NCBI GenBank assembly: GCA_030704615.1
Contig: CM060732.1
Span: 71,796,001-71,860,000 of the forward strand
Length of the DNA stretch: 64,000 bases
Direction: 5' to 3'
Source: Takakia lepidozioides
Taxonomy: Eukaryota; Plantae; Bryophyta
Shown: positions 63,359 to 64,000 of the stretch, one piece after another
Layout of the letters: every line of letters begins with the position of its first letter
How positions within the stretch are numbered: the stretch's first letter is position 1
Position numbers and translations under genes: made by a program
The notes under the pieces: generated by a model
The model's database searches: none
Seen by the model: only the letters and a program-made list of their open reading frames with translations
What the model was told of the DNA's origin: nothing

Positions 63359-64000
63359 GCCGCCTTGGTAGAGCAGCCCAGGATTGGGATTGCATACCCC
63401 AAGATATGCCGGGTCAGTCGCTCCCCATAGCCAGCCTCTCCACCCTTTGAGGGCCCCCAACAAAGGTTCGGGGTGGGCAGCCCAGGCCCTTCATTTTGGC
63501 CATTTAGGTCATACTTTCTTAGGGTACTGATATCATGAATACTTTAGGGTTTCTTTTAAGGGTTCCATAAACCCTAAAAAGTATTCCATACATACATATG
63601 GTATCCCTTCTGTATCTCAAATATCTATGTTCCACTGTAATGTGCCAACATGCCGGTTCTTCGAGCAAGACTGATGACTCTGGACAGGACTTCATAGAAT
63701 CTGAATTCGACTGTCCTCCCACATGCAGGTTTCAAGTGAACCTGAGTTGTGGGAGAAGTCTCGCAGGGAATTGGTGAATACGTTATGCGCCACTTATGCA
63801 TCTGACGAATTCAAAGAGACCTGCAACAACTATGCATACGACGGAGGAAATGTCGTATTCACATGTTGAGTTTCTGAGGACAAAAAATTACATGAGGTTG
63901 TCTTGCATGAAAATCAACTAGTGCGAGGGCCATTTTTCAGGTGTGTTAAGTGTGAACCTGACCTGCTGCGTTTCTGACATTTGAACTTATCGATCGATAG
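63359..64000 (-). repeat. Inverted copy of the 31063-31723 repeat, running off the window
   Basis: Near-identical reverse complement of 31063-31723. Confidence 0.92.

Overview
Nuclear DNA of a land plant, probably a seed-free lineage. This is inferred from the expanded PLS/DYW PPR family and a Tcn1/sushi-like chromovirus. All assignments come from reading the sequence by eye; no database searches were run. Intact genes: sirohydrochlorin ferrochelatase SirB (12226-14588 +), P5CR (43108-47390 +), tRNA-Gly(CCC) (48105-48175 -) and a nepenthesin-like aspartic protease (50045-52594 -). The rest is repeats and decayed genes. These include a PPR-E-DYW pseudogene with an internal ~650-bp inversion and a ~13.6-kb mosaic of gene fragments (CTF8, COQ5, PPR, DRM). 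The mosaic is bracketed by two direct copies of a 2.1-kb block that carries a spliced, fungal-looking PD-(D/E)xK nuclease gene. Also present are a full-length decayed Ty3/gypsy chromovirus with a TSD and an extra stop-free ORF, a UGT pseudogene, several MITEs and tRNA-derived SINEs. At the right end, a CACTA-associated spliced gene has the motif order of a beta-class N4C/N6A DNA amino-methyltransferase. This gene and the nuclease cassette are the best candidates for undescribed biology, although both appear damaged in this window.
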